Origin: the human T2T-CHM13v2.0 reference genome, Homo sapiens
Length of the DNA: 64,000 nt
Assembly (NCBI RefSeq): GCF_009914755.1
Contig: NC_060934.1
Strand: one strand, 5' to 3'
Of this stretch, positions 28,702-40,599 are shown one piece after another. The notes beneath the pieces were generated by a model, which saw only the letters and a program-made list of their open reading frames with translations, searched no databases and was not told the DNA's origin. The position numbers were made by a program, and so were the translations under genes. Numbering within the stretch: the stretch's first letter is position 1; every line of letters starts with the position of its first letter.

Positions 28702-29315
28702 TGTACTACATTTTCTTTATCCATTCATCTGTTGATGGACACTTAGATTGCTTCCAAATTTTGGCTATTATGGAGTACTCTTCAGCAACAAAAAAGTATG
28801 AGATTCTGTCATTTGCATTATGTTAAATGAAGTAAGCTAGGCACAGAAAGACAAACATCACATGTTCTCACTTATTTGTGAGATCTACAAATTAAAATAA
28901 TTAAACTCATGGAGATAGAAAGTAGAAGGATGGTTATCACAGGCTGAGAAGTGTAGTTGGGGTGGGGGAGGAGGTAAGGTTAATGGCTACAAAAAAAATA
29001 GAATAAGACCTAGTATTTGCTAGCACAACTGGGTGACTATAGTCAAAATAATTTAATTGTACATTAAAAAACAACTAAAAGTATACATTAAAAAACTAAA
29101 TAAAATAAAATTAAATTAAAAATAACTATAAATTAAAATATATATATATATAAATTTAAAAATAACTAAAAGAGTATGGTTTGTGATGCAAAGGATAGAT
29201 GCTTGAGGTGATGGGTAATCACCCATTCACCCTTGTGATTATTATGCATTGCATGCCACATCTCATGTAACCCATACATATACATACCTACTATGTACCC
29301 ACAGAAATTAAAATA
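28702..29315 (+). mobile_element. L1MA 3' end with a 5' inversion (twin priming)
   Basis: 28702-28771 is antisense L1 and the remainder is sense L1MA 3' end. TSD aagaattctagttca / aacaactctagttca. Confidence 0.85.
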
Positions 29316-31375
29316 AACAACTCTAGTTCAGACCTCTTAACTCTATGATATCTATGAGAAATCTAAACATGTGGTAAGTAGGTAGTTACATACACTGGTG
29401 CAGAGTTGTGGGAAGAGGTCATGTTGTGAGTAGTGAATTGGAAGGTGAAGGGCATATGCATGGTATTTATAGGCAGGAGGCTAAGTGAGTTCGCCTAAGA
29501 AGAATGAGTACTTAGGGAAGAGAAAGGGGTCTAGGACTGAGCCATGAAGCAATGCAATATTTAAAAGCTGAATAGAGGAGAAGCAGTTAGCAAAGTAGGC
29601 CAAGAACAAGCAGCCTCAAAGGAGCCTCAAAGGAGCCTCAAAGTAGGAGAAAAGCCAGGGAAGTGTGCTGTTCACAAAGCCAAGAAAACAGAATGTGAAT
29701 AGTCATGGAATAAACAGCCACAATCAGTGCTTTTGAATGGAGTTTAAGACAGTTTAACAGTTTAAGACAGTTTAAGAAAAGAACAGACCTAATCAGTGTG
29801 CTAGCAATGTGGATGTCATCGATATGAAATGAGAATAGTCTCAATGGAGTGGCAGGGACTGAAGTACAATTATAGTGGGTTGATAGGAGAATGCAAGATG
29901 ATAAGGTGGGAACAGCAACTACAGACCACATTTAAAGAATCTTACGGGAGAATAGGAAAAAAAAGTGTTGGCAGTAGAGTCAACAGAATGTTCTTTAAGA
30001 TAGGAGATATTGAGATATCAATAGGGGATATAGTGATAGTGGAATTGTTCAATAGAGAAGGAGAAATAGATTATTCTGGAAAAAGAATTCTGTATAAAGC
30101 AGACATGAGGTCCTTGAACAGAAGAGGATAGATTCAGGAGACTAAAAGGGGAGGGTTGGTCTCATCTAGGAACAAGAACACATTCAGCCATGGAAAGAGA
30201 AGGACAGTCAGTATAAGTATATTACATAAATGCAGGTGGGTTAATAAATATGATGTTGAAAATATAAATAAGTACCTTTATTCCTATTAGCTCAATAAAC
30301 TATGAGGGAAATTATAGCTGAGAATTAGAGTTTGTTGAAATGGATGAGGCTTGAAGAGAGAAAATAAGTCATTTGGAGAGTAGGAAAACATACATAATTG
30401 GCCTGTAGGATAGGACTTCTGGAGAATACTGTGTCTACATTTAAAATGAGGAATACACATAATCACTATGTTTGATTATTCTTCACCATTCCTTGGCATT
30501 TTGGTGTAAGAAAGAAAAAACAATATTTTAAGGTAAGTTCACTTTTTCTGTGACATAGAGATATTAGACATGAACAACCAGGGAATATTTGTTCAATAAA
30601 TGATGTAAAAATCTGTAAACACTGACCCTGTGATGCCAAAGATACTGATAAGAGAACATCGAACATTCAGAGCAAAGCGAAAGAAAGTGGGGACTATACA
30701 CAGAGAGCAAAGCCTTCCTCAATGAGTAACTAGCAATCTGCAAGACTAAATATTAATATATTGGAGGAAAGCAAAGCCACCTTACAATTCTACTGGTGAC
30801 ATTTTTACTGCCAGTGCACAACTTTTGCAGTGTCTGCTTCACCCACAACTTCCCTCTGTGATAACTTCCCTCCCTGCTCAATCTATGTTATGGGACCCTG
30901 TGGCCTGTTTGCCCTGATGGTCCTCTTTTCATGGCCATACCTGATTGATGCAGAGATGGATATGTTATCCATGTTGCTCCATCCACTTTGTCTTGATTGT
31001 TTGAATCAGCATTAATTGATGCTTATCATTTTCTGCTGGCCATTTGATCCAGACCTGTAAACTTGGGAGCTGAAAAATTCAGGAAAAATGCCCCCCTAAA
31101 AAGAAAAAGGTTGAAATTACCTGTCTAGAAAGAGAGGCCTTTCTATGCACCTGCTTTGATTCTTGAGAGCTTTACAGTACCAGGTTTCAAACTACCTTGG
31201 ACTTGACTCTACTTCCCAACATAAGGTTCTAGGAGAAAGTCCTATATCCTTATAATGAGCTCTGCTCTCTTGCCTAAGCATTGGGCTTTTTGTAATTTTG
31301 AAACGAAGAAATTCCCAAGTCTTAAAGTTAACTTTGTGTAAATATATAAACAGTGTCAAGAATCTTCTCAAAATC

Positions 31376-31484
31376 AAAATCATTTATTTCAATTTATGTA
31401 ATTGTTCATATAATCAAACAATACCTGTTCCCCAAAAACCTATTGAAATAAAAAATTCAAAAAAAAGCTAAAAACGAAACAAAG
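31376..31484 (+). mobile_element. Very short L1 3' tail insertion
   Basis: acctgttccccaaaaacctattgaaataaaaaa plus an A-rich tail. 17-bp TSD agaatcttct(c/g)aaaatc at 31359 and 31485. Confidence 0.8.
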
Positions 31485-32714
31485 AGAATCTTCTGAAAAT
31501 CTTAAGATGATATGAGGAAAGAATAGTTCAGTGTTGACTGCCATGTGTTTGCTCATAGGATATGAGGAAGAAAGTAGGTATAAAGTGAGGTTCTATCAAA
31601 ACACAGACTCTTTTCTCAGCTGTACTCAGCTAAGCACTTTTACCAGCTCTTAATGAAAAAGAAAAATGCATAGTGGCATCCCTATGTGTAGCATTGAAAG
31701 TTGCCATATTAAACCATACTAATATAGATTATGTAGCAAAGTGTATATGCTTATTCCATAGCGTGGCCTCATTCAGTCTCAATTCATCTTTCTGTTATTT
31801 TCATAAATTTCAAAACCTAAGATCCCTTCCAGATAAATTAAAGATAAATAACACAACTGAACTGACACCCTGCCTGGCTATTTCAGACACGATTCCTGTA
31901 TTAAGTGTGGATTAAAAGTTAAACAACACATCTGAAAAAAAAATACACTGTTTTAACCATACTTACACCCATCTAGGTGCATTACAAGCTGAATTATAAT
32001 TAAATATTATGAGGAACTATGGCACACTGGAAGAGCAGTGGGGAGAAAGGACCAAAGTGATTGTCATTGCTGTCAAGTTCTACTATTAATCGAAATTTGC
32101 TCTTTGATGTCAACCTGGATGCCTTGAGGAATGTGTAAAGATCCACAGTATTTTCATCACTAGGTCTCCTGCCAGTTAGCATGCCACCTTCCCAGGTGAG
32201 AAAAAAAGACAAGACAGACTCGTGGAAAAACTCCAGAACATGTATGAGGAAAAAATATACTTTATTCCAGCGTTGCCAATACTTCATCATTTTGGCTTGT
32301 ATTCCACTAAGTGTCTGTATTAACTTGGAAAAAATCCCTCACTTGTTCTTAGTCTAAGTTTAGTGTATTCATCTCTATGGGGATTTAGCTAGTTAATCTC
32401 TAACATTCATTTGGGCTTTTATAATTTCTGGCATTAAAAATCGACGCAGACTTTTAATTTTCTTAACCCAAAGTTGGGAATAAAAATATTTACTCTCTAT
32501 CTACCTCAAAGAGTTGTTACATATGAAAGCTATCAGATTGGCACGGTTATATAAGGATTGGCATTAACTGAAAGTAGAGAGCTAAGCGTGTATTTCTATT
32601 TTAACTATTTTAATGCTTTGTATGAGCCTGCAAATATGGCCTGTTTAATCATTTAGTCAATTTAAATATCTATACAAGTAGATGAGTAATAAATGCCAAG
32701 GGAACTATATTGAT

Positions 32715-33570
32715 TCAATTCAATTTGACAAACATTTATTGAGTAATTATTGTGTGCTGATTTCTGCAATAGGTCCTGACTGTGATATGGTCCCAGATCT
32801 TGAGGTGTTCACAATCTTGCAGAAAGAGAGAGTTTTATAAGAGAGGCATATTAAGAAAATGCTGTGGATAATTCAGATAATAAATTAATATGGATAGGCA
32901 TGGGTGCATTTGTGTGTATTCATTTATAATTTCAGATGAAGATAAAGAATGGCTAAAAGTAGGTGAATAATGGGCAAAGGAGGTGGAAGTTCTAGCTAGG
33001 TGAGTCATATGAGGATTCTCTGAGGTGGTGAATTTGAAAAAGTGGTAAATAAAGTAAGAGGGGTGAGCGAAATGAAGATGTAGGGGAATAGTGTTCCAGG
33101 CAGAGAGACAGCATGCTGCTGGTCGGGAATAAAGTTGACGTGCACAAGAAGCCACAGGAAAGCCAGTGTGGCTGAAGCAATGAGAGAGAAAAGAAGGGTG
33201 GAAGAAGACTGGGTCAAAGAGGTAACCTGTGACAAATAAGAAACAGCCTTGTTCAGTCACAGTAAGGATTTCATTCTGAATATGATGGAAGCTCATTGAA
33301 TGGTTCTGAGCAGATCAGTGGCATACTCTGATGTGCATTTTTAAAATGTCACCCTGGCTGCTGTGTGGAGACTTGATGTGAGGAGGGGGAGGAAAGAAAC
33401 AGGGAAACCATATCAGAGATCAGGATCGCTGGCCAGCCCAGAAAGGACAGCAGCTTGGAGTAGGATGGAAAGTAGAAGTGGTCAGATTGGGGATATGTTT
33501 TGAAAATAAAGCTTAGAGAACTTGCTGATTACATATAAGGTATAAAAGAAAGAGAAGGATGGAGGAAAAC
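32715..33570 (-). mobile_element. L2
   Basis: ttcaattcaatttgacaaacatttattgagt; gtgttccaggcagagagacagcatg; ggaaagccagtgtggctgaagc. Confidence 0.8.
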
Positions 33571-33661
33571 TCACTATTTATTTTTTATTTCAACAATTCA
33601 TTTAAAAGTAGTGCTTGCAATTATCCAGAAAGAGGAATTCTATAAGAAAATTACTAGGGAC

Positions 33662-33922
33662 TGCCATATGTTCTCAATACTGTATCTTTAAGTGAGAGCT
33701 AAGCTATGAGTATGATACAGAGTGGTATAATTGATATTGGAGACTCTAAAGGTGGAGGAGGGTCTGAAGAGAGTGAGGGATGAAAAATTACCTATTGGTA
33801 TTGGGTACAATGTACACTATTTAGATGAGAGGCACACTAAAATCCCAGACTTCACCACCATACAATTCTTTCATGTAACCAAAAATTACTTGTACCCCTA
33901 AAGCTGTTGAATTTTGTTTTAA
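33662..33922 (+). mobile_element. L1 (L1MA/L1PB-type) 3' UTR fragment
   Basis: gagctaagctatgagta...gagggatgaaaaattacctattgg...cccagacttcaccaccatacaatt...tgtacccctaaagct. Confidence 0.8.
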
Positions 33923-33949
33923 AGGCTAACATTTACAGTTTGGTCTCAC

Positions 33950-34165
33950 TAATTGAGACTATGGAAATCAAGCATACCTGGGTTTGAGTTCAGCTCGTCA
34001 TTTGCTAGTGGAGTGATCTTAGGCAAGTAATTTCTATTCTAAGCTTCAGTTTTCTCGTCTATAAGAGGGAACAGTAACAGTACCTACTTTACGGGCCATT
34101 AAAACGTTTAAAAAGAGAATGCTAACACAAATGCTTTACATTTACTAAACACCCAATAAACATTG
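33950..34165 (+). mobile_element. MIR
   Basis: acctgggtttgag...gtgatcttaggcaagtaa...cttcagttttctcgtctataa...aacagtacctac. Confidence 0.8.
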
Positions 34166-35361
34166 ATGGAGGTTGTGGTAGTAGTCAGTTCTCAAAAAAT
34201 GTTAGTCTTATTATGGTTTAGAAACTAGGCTAAATGCATTGAATCCTTGTAATAACTCTGTAAAATAACTGCAATTATTTTCCTCCTGCAACAAATGAAA
34301 AGACAGAGGCAGAGAAGATGATGGAGAGACTTGACTGTGAATATACAGCTGGTATGTGGTAGGAATACAACTGCAACCAAAGCAACGGCTGTAGTATCTG
34401 GGCTGTAACCAACAATGGCAGTAGAAATAGAGGTGGTAATAGCAACACTGTAGAAGTGTGGTAGTATAATAAAAAGTATTAATGTCATCCTTCTTCAATA
34501 AATCATTCGGCAATTCATTTATTTTTTCATAAAATATGAAATGAGTATTTGCTTCTTGCCAGGTAGTCTGTGACATTTAGAAAGCAGTGACTAGCTTCCA
34601 GAGAGGCTGAGGAAATGTGTACAGTGTACTCTGAGGTATCAGACCAGCCCCACTAGTGTTACGTGACATGGGGAATGTTGCCTAATTTTCTCAGCTTCTT
34701 TGGCAAAATTTCATAGGATTCCCAGGAAGATTAAAAAGGATAATCATGTAATGCACCTAGAATGTCATATAGCATTTGATAAATGTTAAACCTGCAGTCT
34801 TCTCTTCCCTTTAAAGTAATTGGGTAGATTTGTATTTACATTTACAAAGTTAAACAAATAAAAAAAGGGTAGATCAATGACACTACAATATGTTTCAATA
34901 TCAAATATGCAGGCAATATCAAATTCCTTTCTTCCTTTCTTTCTGTCTAGCATTCCTCCTTCCTGTCTTCCTTCTTTCCATCATGCACCATGTACTGTAT
35001 ACCCACTAGAGGTTAAAAATCATCTCTAGGTCTCAGTTTAAATTTCTGCAAAACCCACTACATGCCATTCCTTAATAAAAATGCACCAGACAATAAAGAT
35101 ATGATTAAATGCCACGTTTAGCCTTCCAGAGCGATGACTCTGTGCTGAAGTGATTAGGAACAGTCTCCCACAGAAGATAAACCCTGAGCTGGCCCTTGAG
35201 GACAGAGTATCTAGATAGGAAAAATAACCTAGGAAGGGGCAGAAGCAAAAGGTGAGAAGCTAAAATGTGAGAGATGTTTGGTTTCCAATAAAGGATATAA
35301 CTTGGCTAAATACACTGTTCACAGAGAACAGCCATCTTAATTCCATCACGTTTATAGAAAC

Positions 35362-35665
35362 TTTGGTTTTGTTTTCTTTTTTAAGACGAGGTCTCGCTCT
35401 GTCACCCAGGCTGGAGTGCAGTGGTACAACCGTAGCTCACTGCAGCCTCGACCTCCCGGGAATCAAGCGATCCTTCTACTTCAGCCTCCAGAGTAGGTGG
35501 ACCACAGGCACATGCCACCACAACTGGCTAATTACAAAAAATTTTTTCAGAGATGGGGATCTTCCTATGTTGCCCAGACTGGTCTCAAACTCCTAAGCCC
35601 AAGCAATCATCCTGGCTCAGCCTCCCAAAGTGCCAGGAATACAGGCATGAGCCACCATGCCAGCC
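35362..35665 (-). mobile_element. AluJ
   Basis: tagctcactgcagcctcgacctccc...tcaagcgatcct. TSD tatagaaac. Confidence 0.92.
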
Positions 35666-36546
35666 TATAGAAACATTTTTTTAACAATAACCTTGCAGTG
35701 AAATCCAATGCATACGTCAGAAAAAGTGGAGGCACTCTGATTGAAGTTGGAGAAGAAAATCCAGAGACCTTCTCACCAGCTCGCCTTTTGCCCCAGAGGA
35801 TCTGCAGAGAATCCTTAGCACCTTTGGAAGAAGAAACGTAAAATAAAGAAAAACAGGAGCTCCTTTAAAAGAGTAGTGAAAGTTTAAAAATTTACCCGGA
35901 AGCACCCTAAGGAGAATTTTGAATAGAAGTCTGAGTAATCCTGTACACAATGGAAATTGGATGAGGAATTAAAGCCAAAAAAAAAAAAACATAATTAGTT
36001 ATGTTAAGAAAAAATAATCTGACTTAGATGGAGTCTGATTTAGCAGATTAAAATATTGCTTACAAGGTGATTAAATGAATATAACTAGAGTCTAGTTGTA
36101 GTGCCCCACAAAGATTCTTGTAGGGAAACCAAGATTATGTGAATGGCAATAAAGATCTAACCACAAATATGGATGTGCCTCTGAGTGTCTCCTTCCAAAG
36201 AGAAGGAAATGGAGCTCTACTACCTTTTATCAGTTTTAGAAGTTTGAATGCTTTTGTATATGAAATCAAAAACTATTCTTCCTTAGTTATTTTTCATAAA
36301 TTCATGACAAAGTGAACCTACATTAGTTGTTTATATCTTTAACAGTAGTCCAAAATCCCAAATGAAGGCAAAATTTTACTGGTAAATTAGCATTTGATTT
36401 GACTCAAAACATGTCTCACTAAACAATCTTAATATGTTGCATTAGATGAATGGTGCTGATAAATTTACCTGTTGAGGAACGCTCCTAAATAAAACTTCTG
36501 AAATGTTTTCCCAATTTTTTTTTCCTTCTATTCTCTGTATAGACCA

Positions 36547-37393
36547 TGTGGTAGGTAGGTAGAATAATGGACTCCCAAAGATATCCATGTCTTTTTTTTC
36601 TTTTTTTTTTTTTCTTTTTTTGAGATGGAGTCTTGTTCTGTCCCCCCAGGCTGGAGTGCAGTGGTGTAGTCTCAGCTCAATGCCACCTCTGCCTCCAGGT
36701 TCAAGTGATTCTCCTGCCTCAGCCTTCCCAGTAGCTGGAATTACAGGTGCATGCCACCACACCCAGCTAATTTTTGTATTTTTAGTAGAGATGGGGTTTC
36801 ACCATGTTGGCCAGGCTGGTCTTGAACTCCTGACCTCATGTGATCCACGTGCCTCAGTCCCCTAAAGGGCTGGGATTACAGGCTTGAGCCAACATGCCCA
36901 GCCAATATCCATGTCTTAATCCCTGGTACCTCTGAATGTGATCTTACATAGCAGAAGAGATTTATAAATGTAATTAAGCTAAAGATCTTGAAACAAGAGA
37001 GTCTCCTGGATTATCTGGATGGTCCTGTGTAATGCTGAGAGTCCTTATAAATGAAAGAGATAGGAAGAGTCACAGAAAGAGATGTGATGAAAAAAGTGTA
37101 GTCTAGAGTGCTGCTATGTGAGAAACATTCCACTGGCCATTGCTGTTTTTGAAGATGGAAGCGGGGTCATGAGCCAAAGAGTGTGGGCAACCTCTGGAAG
37201 CTAGAAAAACCAAGGAGACAGACTCTTTTCTAGAGACCCTACAAGGAATACAGCTCTGTTAACACTTTGATTTCAGCTTAGTGAAACCCATTTTGTTCTT
37301 TTGACCTTTAGAAATGTAAGATAATAAACTTGTGCTGTTTTAAGCCACCAGGTTTTTTGGTGATTTGTTTTGCAGCAATAGAAAACTAATACA
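36547..37393 (+). mobile_element. MLT1D-like LTR interrupted by an Alu
   Basis: tgtggtagg...agaataatggactcccaaagatatccatgtc ... gcagcaatagaaaactaataca. Confidence 0.88.
36594..36903 (-). mobile_element. AluS nested in MLT1D
   Basis: Full antisense dimer. TSD atatccatgtctt at 36581 and 36905. Confidence 0.95.
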
Positions 37394-39284
37394 GAACCAT
37401 TGCAATGACTTGAATGATGGTTAACAAAGAGAGCATCTTGGAGGTCAAAGAAGTTCATCATCTCATTCACAGAGTAAATTCTTACAACATTTTTTCTATT
37501 GGCCACCTCACCCCACTAAAATTTCCCATGACTATCTATGCCCTCACATTCTCAAATTATCTTGAAAATGCTACTTTGAGACGTGAATCAGTTGTGTATT
37601 CATGGAAGGTTAAAAAATCATCCTGAGGTCTCAGTTTAAATTTCTGTAAAACAAGATCAATAAAAACATCTATTTTATGGTTTGCTTTTTTGTAGAAGGA
37701 AGTGGAAGTTAGATTTAAGCAAAAGTTGTACGGTTTAATATGTGTACTTATCAAAAAACTCTGTTTGCAAGAAAGATAACTGCACTGTACTATGCATTTT
37801 GTTAAACTCTCAAAATAAAGACATGGCCTCTACCTTCAAAGAGTTTATAGTCTTACACACTTGGTGCTCAGTACATATTGACCCTACAACGTTGGCAAAT
37901 AGTAAACTCTCAGTAATAATGACTTGTAGTAAGTTCTTATGGTGTTTGCATACAGTAAGTGTCAGTAAATATTTACCAGCATTGCTGGTAAGGATACATT
38001 TAGCTAATAAAGGCATGGTGGGCTACTCAATACTTTTAAGCTGTATTAAATATGTTGTATTATGCAATGATGGTATACAAATATGTATACATTTTCTCCA
38101 TAACTATACGTAATTTACTTGATCAATTGTTGGAAATTTGCAACAATATGGCCTGTGTAATATGTCAATTGATAGTAAACCCTAGCATGGTTGTAATTAT
38201 CTGCTTAAACCATCTTGGAAATACTCCTATGTAGTTGTGATGTACTACGAATTGTCTTTTCTGGTACCTGATGTTAGGGAGAGGCCTGAATATATAAATA
38301 TTGCACTAAAACTAAAGCTAATGATCTGTGACACCTTGTCCTACATGTCAAATCGACATGGGAAATTTAGCAAATGCAGGAAAGTTTCCAAGCAAAGAGC
38401 AGATTCCTTACTTTTCTCACTTTTGATTTTTCCAATGTCCATGTCTGCCCAGCAACAGCAACATGCATCCTTCAGAAGCTGCCAAATGAAAACAGGAATA
38501 CAAATAGAGTGGCACACTGTCACTTAAGTAAATCACACCAGCCTTGAATCCCAGGGAAGGTGGCAGGGCAAGTCGAACTTTCTTGAAGACAAGATTAAAG
38601 TGCAGTTCAGGGAAAAGTCACTGAAATGAATGCTTCATATTCGAAGGCAACATATATTTACAGAAAATGAAATCTTGGTTAAAACATTTTTGAATCATGC
38701 CTAAGTGTTCCCTATAAACTAGAAAGATTTTGCTTGATTTACTTGGTTCAATTTCTAGGCTTTTTCCCCCTCTGTGCTAATGGCAAGCTATCAATCATCA
38801 AAGCTGTAATCAGATTTTGCAGAAGGCCACCAGCATCATTTTCAATCATTTAAATTTTGCCAGACTGCCTCCCTTCTTTATGAATCACAGAGATTAATGT
38901 GAAAGGGTTTTTAAATGCATTTTAGGGAAATTAACAAATTATGATTGTTTCTTCTTAACTCACAGCTCACCATTTTACCAAACATTATGCATAGTCTTTG
39001 TTATGGCTGCTAACAGTTTTATTGCTCTGAGAAAGAAAAATAGTAAAGGCATCCTGTACTTAACACTGAGATGGCTCTTTGGACAGATAATACATATATT
39101 CAAAATAGAAATCATTAGGGAAAGGTGTTTTGGGGAATACATATTTTACCCCCAGGTATTTTCCTGGATAAATAGCTTCCAAATAAGGCTTTGGCTCAAA
39201 TAGCAACATAAAAATATGACAAGAGTTTTGTCTCCAGGTTGATCTGGTCTTGTCTTCAGGCTGGACACATGGTCACACAAAGGA

Positions 39285-39287
<3 letters not shown>

Positions 39288-39332
<45 letters not shown>
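39288..39332. repeat. (TG)n microsatellite
   Basis: Direct reading of the sequence. Confidence 0.98.
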
Positions 39333-39335
<3 letters not shown>

Positions 39336-39874
39336 AGTTTATCATTTAAGATATATTCAGCTATAAAACAGAAGATTCTGAGTGAGCTAGATAAAACAAT
39401 ATAGTAAATTAATTCTTTCAAATAGAAAGAAGTTAAGAGGTAGAGTAGTATCAGAATTGACTAATTCAGTATCAATACTCTTTCATCTGCTCTCCTCAGT
39501 GTGTACAATTGACCCTACTCATGGTCACACAATGTTGCTATGTCTCCAGATGATGCACACATGCATGGCAGCAATCAACAGGAGGAACATTCTCTCTCAC
39601 TTTCTCAATTCAGTGAGAAAACTCTTTCCAAGAAGCTCCAGGAGACTCCCTTTATTTCCTCTTAGCCATTGGCTTGCTGAAGAGATAAGATGGAACCATC
39701 ATTCTTAGCCTAAACCAATTACTATTTATTCCCTGAGTTAGAAATGGAATTATTTTAATTCCATGACCATGCAGAAGTGAGTGGATATCTCTACAAAATC
39801 ACATTTACATTAGAATGTGTGGGGTTTGGGGGCTGAGCATGGACAGGGTGTTTGTGAATGGATGTTGGTTAGAG

Positions 39875-40156
39875 CAGGCATTCCCCAAGCCCCCAGTACT
39901 GGTCTGTGGCCTGTTAGAAACCAAACTGCACAGCAGGAGGTGAGTGGTGGGTGAGTGAGCATTACCACCGGAGCTCTGCCTCAGATCAGCAGCAGCATTA
40001 GATTCTCATAGGAGCACAAACCCTATTGTGAACTGCACGTGCAAGGGATCCAGAGTGGAACAGTTTCATCCCAAAACCATCCCCCAACCCACATTCATGG
40101 GAAAATTTGTCTTCCATGAAACCAGTCCATGATGCCAAAAAGTTTGGGGACCACTG
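39875..40156. mobile_element. MER1B (internally shortened)
   Basis: cagg...cccca ... tttggggaccactg. 8-bp TSD (g/a)gttagag. Shares sequence with the MER1A at 25.6 kb. Confidence 0.88.
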
Positions 40157-40220
40157 AGTTAGAGCACTAAAACTATCTGCTATATGAACAATTGATCTTT
40201 TTCCAAAATGGAATTGTACT

Positions 40221-40599
40221 ATATATTTTTTCAATTAAAAATATATACCAGATTCAATTAAGTCTCACAATATTTAATTATATGAATATACAACATTAGC
40301 TATTTTGTGCATTTGAAAAGTAACCCCATTTCAAAATATTCATTTCCATTGTCCAGAACATTTATATAAATATATATATCTTTAAATACTGATGCTTTTA
40401 TTTTTTAATTAAAATATATTTTTTCAATTAAAAATATATACCAGACTTCAATTAAGTCTCACAATATTTAATTATATGAATATACAACATTAGCTATTTT
40501 GTGCATTAGAAAAATATTCCCTTTTCAAAATATTCGTTTCCATTGTTTAGAATATATATATATATATATATATATCTTTAAATACTGATGCTTTTATTT
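40221..40599. repeat. Tandem duplication, ~190-bp unit x2
   Basis: atatattttttcaattaaaaatatataccaga...ctttaaatactgatgcttttattt occurs at 40221 and again at ~40414. Confidence 0.95.

Larger units (their letters stand above)
27465..30350 (-). mobile_element. Long fragmented L2 hosting MLT1A and L1MA insertions
   Basis: Purine-rich antisense L2 motifs (caacaaatatttatcaagcact; gtggttttaccattcactggaatgggaaag; aggactgagcc; gaaaagccagggaagtgtgctgttcacaaagccaag). Confidence 0.7.

Noticed and set aside
29611-29775. Short tandem duplications (agcctcaaagg x3; agtttaagac variants); similar ones at 56680-56715 and 58628-58683
   Set aside because: Ordinary replication slippage inside old L2 and L1 sequence.
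32835-33296. 153-aa minus-strand ORF
   Set aside because: Lies within an L2 relic. It is a chance open frame in pyrimidine-rich sequence.
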